From a plasmid: a stretch of 36,824 bases of DNA. A program made the translations under genes and the position numbers. Positions 17,081 through 21,925 of this stretch are shown piece after piece. Numbering within the stretch: the first letter of the stretch is position 1; the number at the start of each line of letters is the position of its first letter. The stretch is taken from sequence record NZ_CP124639.1; one strand, written 5' to 3'. The notes under the pieces were generated by a model. That model saw nothing but the letters and a program-made list of their open reading frames with translations. It did not search any database and had not been told where the DNA came from.

Positions 17081-17524
17081 TCATTTCCCCTTTGGTGCCC
17101 CCTCCCCTTGATCCTTGGGATCAGCCGGATCGACCGCCTTGCCCTTTCTGACCGCCTTGGGCTTCGCGTGACCAGCCTTGCGCAAGGCTTTGCCGACCTC
17201 CCCCATGCCGTGCCAGATCGCGGCCGCCTGTTCAGGGCGCAGCTCCTGCCCTTCCCTGATGGCCTTGGACAGCGTGACCAGCCACCGATCCGCAGACATG
17301 GCCGTGTAGGCCTCCTGCGACTTCTGCGAGGCTTCCCGGCGCTTGGCCAGCCATTCGGCCAGCGTCTCGCGTTCGGCCTCTGTCAGCTCATCCAGCCCGG
17401 TCGTGGGCATTTCCGTCGTATAGCGGGCCAGTGTGGCAATGACCGTCTGCCGACCCCGGCCAATGGCCTTGTCGTACACGGTGCGGATGCACTGAATTTT
17501 GCGGCCCTGTTCACGTATCTGCAT
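17081..17524 (-). CDS. Hypothetical protein (147 aa) with a Lys-rich C-terminal tail; candidate autoregulated DNA-binding protein
   Basis: GGGGG RBS before the ATG at 17524. The palindrome TGCGGATAA-ATGG-TTATCCGCA lies 20-40 bp upstream. Confidence 0.55.
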   Translation of the reverse strand: MQIREQGRKIQCIRTVYDKAIGRGRQTVIATLARYTTEMPTTGLDELTEAERETLAEWLAKRREASQKSQEAYTAMSADRWLVTLSKAIREGQELRPEQAAAIWHGMGEVGKALRKAGHAKPKAVRKGKAVDPADPKDQGEGAPKGK

Positions 17525-17544
17525 GGTAGCCCCCTTTCCGTATG

Positions 17545-17910
17545 GTGCGGATAAATGGTTATCCGCAGTAATGATAGCACACTATCCGCAGGCGGATAAA
17601 AAATAAACATCACATTTCAGATAGAAACCTATCCGCATACAGCTATCATAGCAGCAGCATATGCCGATAATCGCACTATCTGCACATGCAGACGCTGCGC
17701 TATCCGCATACCGATGAAAAACTATCACGCTACATCATGTTAGATTTTCATCCGCATGCGGACGATTTATTATCCATTGTGCGGATACTTTCTTATCGGT
17801 ATGCCGGATAATCAGCTATCCGTATAGGCTTGCGCCCGGGCGCAGGCGGAAGATGCACCAAAGCAGATAACCGCCCGGTTAATATGCGGATAGAAAATTA
17901 TCCGAAATTG
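17545..17910. promoter_or_regulatory. AT-rich array of at least 9 TATCCGCA motifs, mostly arranged as inverted pairs (DnaA-box-like or operator array)
   Basis: 17545-17566 TGCGGATAA-N4-TTATCCGCA. 17582-17597 TATCCGC-AG-GCGGATA. Also 17628-17638, 17698-17710, 17751-17762 TCCGCATGCGGA, 17769-17786, 17814-17825 and 17884-17905. Confidence 0.55.
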
Positions 17911-17923
17911 TGACGGTTGCCTC

Positions 17924-17959
17924 TTGACAGGTTATCGTTTATAAACGACAATATCAGAC
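17924..17959 (+). promoter_or_regulatory. higB promoter: TTGACA -35 hexamer, 12-bp perfect palindrome CGTTTATAAACG over the -10 region
   Basis: Read directly. A palindrome overlapping the promoter is typical of toxin-antitoxin autoregulation. Confidence 0.45.
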
Positions 17960-18286
17960 ATGCAGCAGATACGGCACTACCTCGACCCCAACGGACGCGA
18001 CCACTTCGCCGAGTGGCGCGATCAGGTGCGCGATACCAAAGCGCGAATCGCCATCGACCGGCGCATCATGCGCTTGGAACTTGGCAACTTCGGCGATCAC
18101 AAGCCCCTGCGTGAAGGCGTGTGGGAGCTGCGCATCGACGTAGGGCCGGGCTACCGCGTTTATTACGCCAAGGCTGGCTTGACCGTCGTGCTGCTGCTCT
18201 GCGGCGGCGACAAGCGCAAGCAGAACGCCGACATTGACCGGGCCTGCGCCTATTGGCGTGACTGGCAGCAACGGACAGGAGATTGA
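17960..18286 (+). CDS. higB: Type II toxin, RelE/ParE superfamily (HigB-like addiction module killer)
   Basis: 108 aa; the sequence pattern …VWELRIDVGPGYRVYYAKAG…VVLLLCGGDKRKQNADIDRA matches HigB-type toxins. It is upstream of an HTH antitoxin with a 3-nt gap. Confidence 0.75.
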   Translation: MQQIRHYLDPNGRDHFAEWRDQVRDTKARIAIDRRIMRLELGNFGDHKPLREGVWELRIDVGPGYRVYYAKAGLTVVLLLCGGDKRKQNADIDRACAYWRDWQQRTGD

Positions 18287-18289
18287 ACG

Positions 18290-18601
18290 ATGAAAGATCG
18301 AGCACACGACACGGCTATGGCCGAAGTATTCCGCAACGACCCCGCCTACGCGGTCGAGCTGCTGAACAGCATTCTTGAGGATGGCGAACAAGGCGAACTC
18401 TTGATTGCCCTGCGCCAGATGGCCGAGGCCTTCGGAGGCGTGCGACAGGTGGCCAAGTCGGCCGAGCTGAACCCTAACCAGCTTTACCGCACGCTGTCAC
18501 AGACAGGCAACCCGGAGGTGCGCAGTCTGACCGCGATCCTTCGCGCTATGGGCCTGCGACTGGCCATCCAGCCGCTGCACCCTACCCCGGCCGCCCACTG
18601 A
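18290..18601 (+). CDS. higA: Type II antitoxin, HigA family (addiction module antidote HTH protein)
   Basis: 103 aa; …LRQMAEAFGGVRQVAKSAELNPNQLYRTLSQTGNPEVRSLTAILRAMGLRL matches the HigA antidote family. Confidence 0.75.
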   Translation: MKDRAHDTAMAEVFRNDPAYAVELLNSILEDGEQGELLIALRQMAEAFGGVRQVAKSAELNPNQLYRTLSQTGNPEVRSLTAILRAMGLRLAIQPLHPTPAAH

Positions 18602-18644
18602 TAGCCTGCGGGCTATACGCCCGCCCTTGTCCTTCCTTTTGGTG

Positions 18645-18680
18645 CAAAACAGAAGCCCGCCGATTGGCGGGCTTGTCTGT
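18645..18680. terminator. Bidirectional terminator hairpin AGCCCGCC-GATT-GGCGGGCT
   Basis: Stem-loop flanked by a CTGTTTTG tract for the minus-strand operon. Sits between the convergent higA and 122-aa gene. Confidence 0.5.
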
Positions 18681-18736
18681 ATGGGTGCCGGTGGTTTAGT
18701 TGGCAATCACATCGGCCGGGCGACCGTCCCGGCGTT

Positions 18737-19105
18737 CTACCTCGCATTTTTCCAGTAGGTCACGCCGTCGTCGCACTTGTAGGCGACCTGATCGGGCGTA
18801 TCATCGCCGATGATGTAGCCCACGCTGCCGCGAGTGGTGACGCCGATTCCGTTGTTGCTATGACCGTCACGCTTCGCCACGACCTTGCAGTTGTGTGCGG
18901 CCTTGAACGTTTCCCACTCGTCGGGCTTGGGTTCGTAGACGGCGAACATTCCGAATCCCATCAGCATGATGGCCAGAAGCCCCGGCATCATCGGCAGTTC
19001 GCCGTCCTTGAATGCACCGACCACGATCCACGCCAGAACCGCCAACAGGGGTACTAAGTAAGCGCCGACCACCCACGGGCTTAATTGTCCAATGTCTAAT
19101 CCCAT
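18737..19105 (-). CDS. Hypothetical membrane protein (122 aa, two TM segments plus a soluble C-terminal domain)
   Basis: GAGGAAAGGAG RBS; TM segments WVVGAYLVPLLAVLAWIVVGAF and LLAIMLMGFGMFAV. Confidence 0.6.
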   Translation of the reverse strand: MGLDIGQLSPWVVGAYLVPLLAVLAWIVVGAFKDGELPMMPGLLAIMLMGFGMFAVYEPKPDEWETFKAAHNCKVVAKRDGHSNNGIGVTTRGSVGYIIGDDTPDQVAYKCDDGVTYWKNAR

Positions 19106-19129
19106 GCTCCTTTCCTCTATGCGATGGCG

Positions 19130-19540
19130 TCAGAGGCCCGGCGTGCATTCGATCTTGCCAAACACACCTTCAACCTTTGAGCAGAAGCCATTCTTGTTTT
19201 GCCATTCCAGCGTGTACTTTTCGGCCACGCTTTTATCGTTCCTGATGTTCTGCTGAATTAACCGAAGCTCAGTAAGCTGCTCAGGTGAAGGCGTTGGCGC
19301 GTAGTAGCGCCAATCGCGGACAAAATCCGATACATGGGGATCGTTGAGCGATTGAAGCTCAACCAGAATTTTGTCCTGCTCGTTGACCCGCTGCGCGGTA
19401 TAGGCCTCAGTCGCAGCGTCCCGGCCATCGTCACGAAAGAACGCCATGTATGCGACCATGACGACCAGAAGAAACACCATCATTTTCATAAGTAGTTGCC
19501 TGTTTCGGGGAGGCACCGGGCCGTAGCCCGGCGGCCTCAT
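19130..19540 (-). CDS. Hypothetical exported/membrane protein (136 aa)
   Basis: ATGA overlap with the upstream gene. Internal MKMMVFLLVVMVAYMAFF signal/TM segment (alternative start at 19489). Confidence 0.5.
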   Translation of the reverse strand: MRPPGYGPVPPRNRQLLMKMMVFLLVVMVAYMAFFRDDGRDAATEAYTAQRVNEQDKILVELQSLNDPHVSDFVRDWRYYAPTPSPEQLTELRLIQQNIRNDKSVAEKYTLEWQNKNGFCSKVEGVFGKIECTPGL

Positions 19541-19992
19541 TTCAGAAGAACGACCACCAAGGCCGCCACGGCCACCAGAGCGGCGACCCCGGCCAAGGCC
19601 GCAGCCAGGTATGCGCCGGTCTTCGCCGCCTGCGCATCCCGGCCACTGGCCACCGCATCGCGGCTTGCGGCCTGCGCGTTGGCTATCTGCCGCCGCACGT
19701 CGTTGCCAGCATCGGCGAGGGCGGCAGTCACGGCCTGCCGCACCTGTTCGCTGACGTAGTTGGCCGCGTCGGTGATTACCTTTCCGGCCGTTTCCTTGGA
19801 CTGTTCGACCTGCTGTTGCAGGCTCACGGTCAAGGCCCTGTTGGCTTCGTCGTACTGGTCGGAAACCAGTTCGAGGTAGCGGCCCAAGACCATATCGCTG
19901 ACCGTGACCGTGACCAGTATCGGATCGTCCTTGCCGATCAGCACGTTGTGCTTGATCGCCACCTGTTTCCGTATCTCGTCAAAGTCGATCAT
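19537..19992 (-). CDS. Hypothetical protein (151 aa) with a C-terminal TM anchor, immediately downstream of parA
   Basis: GAGGGGG RBS; coiled/Ala-rich body and a C-terminal AALAGVAALVAVAALVVVLL segment. It occupies the position where a ParB/centromere-binding partner would be expected. Confidence 0.55.
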   Translation of the reverse strand: MIDFDEIRKQVAIKHNVLIGKDDPILVTVTVSDMVLGRYLELVSDQYDEANRALTVSLQQQVEQSKETAGKVITDAANYVSEQVRQAVTAALADAGNDVRRQIANAQAASRDAVASGRDAQAAKTGAYLAAALAGVAALVAVAALVVVLLK

Positions 19993-20003
19993 TGGCGACC
20001 CCC

Positions 20004-20954
20004 TCAGATGATGGTGGCCAACTGCTCGAAGATCGCCGTTTTGACCTTCGAGAGACGCGACTTGGACATGAGGCCGAAGTCTGGCGACTGCTTGATTTCA
20101 TCGAAGGTCAGCTTGCTATCGAGCATCAGTTTCACGTCCTCGCCGAACGTGCTGCCGGTCTGGCGAGCGATACGCACGATGCCGCGCACGCGATCCTTGT
20201 TGTTCTGGTAGACCTTCATTTCCTCGAAGGTTTTGCCTTCGGCCTCAATGTCGCCGAAGAACTCATTGAGCCAGACGACCAGCTCGGCATTGCCCGGCAT
20301 CTGCTCGGCCAGAGAGGCGAAGCCGCCGAGGGTGTCGCGCAGGGCTTGGCCGCCGGTGATGACCGTGTGAATGATGACCTGCTTGCCGTTCTCGCCAATC
20401 AGGTTGATGGCGTCGTTTTCGGCGATGTAGTAGGACAGCGGGATGAACGACGCCGCGCCGTTGTCGATCACGAAATTGGTGTCTTCCTCGACTACCTGCT
20501 CAATGAGGCGGTCGAAATTACGTTCGATCAGCGAGCCGTTTTCCATCAGCTCAAGGCGCTGGGTGTTAAACGCCTTGTAACCGGCGAGGGTGGCATTGAC
20601 CGGATCGGTGTCCACGGCCGTGACCGGCAGGCCCTTGCCGCCGAGGTACTGGACGAGCAGGGACGAGATAAAGGACTTGCCGACGCCGCCCTTGCCTTGC
20701 AGCGTGAAATGAACCTGACGGGCGAGGGTGTTCAGGGCCGGAGTGGTTACGTCGTTCATAGGTGCGGTGCTCCTTTCAGATGAGGTCGTCGCGGTCGTTG
20801 CCGCTGTTTGGGTTGTGCTGGAATCCGGGGCGCTTTTGGCCGGGTTTTTCGGCCGGGGTGCTGCTACCCCTTGCTTGGCCTCCTGCGGCTCCTGTAGGGG
20901 CCGGGGAGGGGCTTGGCGGGGCGATTTGCCCGGTGCCTTTTCTTTGGTGCCCAT
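20004..20954 (-). CDS. parA: ParA/IncC-type partition ATPase; the 316-aa long form is given here, with an internal start at 20759 (AAGGAG RBS) giving a 251-aa core
   Basis: Deviant Walker A motif QGKGGVGKS. The N-terminal 65-aa extension is low complexity (Pro/Thr/Ala-rich). Two candidate starts resemble IncC1/IncC2 of IncP-1. Confidence 0.85.
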   Translation of the reverse strand: MGTKEKAPGKSPRQAPPRPLQEPQEAKQGVAAPRPKNPAKSAPDSSTTQTAATTATTSSERSTAPMNDVTTPALNTLARQVHFTLQGKGGVGKSFISSLLVQYLGGKGLPVTAVDTDPVNATLAGYKAFNTQRLELMENGSLIERNFDRLIEQVVEEDTNFVIDNGAASFIPLSYYIAENDAINLIGENGKQVIIHTVITGGQALRDTLGGFASLAEQMPGNAELVVWLNEFFGDIEAEGKTFEEMKVYQNNKDRVRGIVRIARQTGSTFGEDVKLMLDSKLTFDEIKQSPDFGLMSKSRLSKVKTAIFEQLATII

Positions 20955-21159
20955 CGTCTTTTGCTCCTGTTATGTACCGGACGACGTAGCGATTGAATTG
21001 GGAATAGCTGATGCCCAATTCCGCCTCGCCGCCAAAGTCGTCGTAGATCGTGCGCTGTTCGTTACCCGCTGCGAGCAGTTCCCGGAACTGCTCTAAGCGG
21101 GCCAGAAACGCGACACGTCCTGCGCCCCGGCGGGGCTTTTTGCTTGGCGTGTCTGCCAT
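20776..21159 (-). CDS. 127-aa protein encoded out of frame over the 5' extension of parA (korA-like placement); putative DNA-binding regulator
   Basis: AGGAGG RBS before the ATG at 21159. HTH-like segment TIYDDFGGEAELGISYSQFNRYV. Its stop lies 17 nt before the internal parA start. Confidence 0.55.
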   Translation of the reverse strand: MADTPSKKPRRGAGRVAFLARLEQFRELLAAGNEQRTIYDDFGGEAELGISYSQFNRYVVRYITGAKDDGHQRKGTGQIAPPSPSPAPTGAAGGQARGSSTPAEKPGQKRPGFQHNPNSGNDRDDLI

Positions 21160-21210
21160 GCCTGTTTCCTCCTAGTGAAGCCCGCGAATCAATCGCGGCA
21201 CCTCAGTCTA

Positions 21211-21335
21211 CCCTATAACGCGATACTACGCGAATCTAAGCGATTTAATGCGACTGTACGCGATTCTATGCGATTGGGCAAGCCTTTTTATGCGATTCTA
21301 CGCGATACTATGCGATTGTGTGCGATTCATCGCGG
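21211..21335. repeat. About 10 tandem 10-bp repeats (GCGAT-type) in two phased clusters upstream of the korA-like/parA operon; candidate centromere/operator. Contains the right arm (21229..21275) of the 47-bp inverted repeat
   Basis: CGA at 21221, 21231, 21241, 21251, 21261 and 21271. GCGAT at 21292, 21302, 21312 and 21322. Flanked by AATCGCGG and ATCGCGG in the opposite orientation. Confidence 0.75.
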
Positions 21336-21399
21336 TTTTCGGCCCTTGGGCCGGGTTTTGGGTGGATCATCAGGGCACAGTCGCCTACAATCGCAGAGA

Positions 21400-21556
21400 G
21401 GTAGCAGGCAAGATGTGTGTTGTAGGCCTACGCTGCTACGCAGCTAGGGCCTCCACCACCGCCCCTTACTCGCCTGCGGCTCGACGGCATCTTGCTCTGC
21501 GAGGCTGACAGTCGCTGCCGCGACACCAACAAATCGACCGGGAGGACGAACTTGGA
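21400..21556 (+). promoter_or_regulatory. oriT: Candidate oriT and traJ promoter region
   Basis: Perfect 10-bp palindrome GTAGGCCTAC. Hairpin GCTGC-TAC-GCAGC. Downstream ATCTTGC at 21489-21495 resembles the IncP nic core ATCCTG/C. Sits immediately upstream of the MobC-like gene and the MobP relaxase. Confidence 0.35.
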
Positions 21557-21925
21557 ATGACAGATGAGGCACCAAAGAAAGGCCCACACGGGGGCCGCCC
21601 AAGAGGGCAACACATTAAGGTTTGGGTGAACAACGACGAAAAGGCCGAGCTGGCCGACCGGGCCGCTCAGGCCGGTTTATCGTTGTCCGCTTATATGAAG
21701 GTTGCCGGACTTAACGCGCCGATCCGGGCACGCTCCGACTTGTCGGCCGTGACCGATCTTGTGCGCGTGAATGGCGACCTAGGCCGAGTGGCCGGGCTGC
21801 TGAAATTGTGGCTTGCGGAGAAGCGAGGGCAGGGTGCCCGCCCGGTGGACGTGGAAGCCATGATGAAGGACTTTCGCGCCCTACAGGAAGAACTCCGCTC
21901 GATCATGATCCGGGTGGCGAGATGA
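21557..21925 (+). CDS. traJ: Relaxosome accessory protein (MobC/TraJ-like, ribbon-helix-helix)
   Basis: 122 aa; …IKVWVNNDEKAELADRAAQAGLSLSAYMKVAGLN… matches the MobC family. ATGA overlap with the relaxase start. Confidence 0.75.
   Translation: MTDEAPKKGPHGGRPRGQHIKVWVNNDEKAELADRAAQAGLSLSAYMKVAGLNAPIRARSDLSAVTDLVRVNGDLGRVAGLLKLWLAEKRGQGARPVDVEAMMKDFRALQEELRSIMIRVAR

Noticed and set aside
17545-17910. Interpreting the TATCCGCA array purely as DnaA boxes of oriV
   Set aside because: Not fully rejected, but the predominantly palindromic pairing and the overlap with the 147-aa gene promoter fit a dimeric repressor operator array better. Both readings are kept in the findings.
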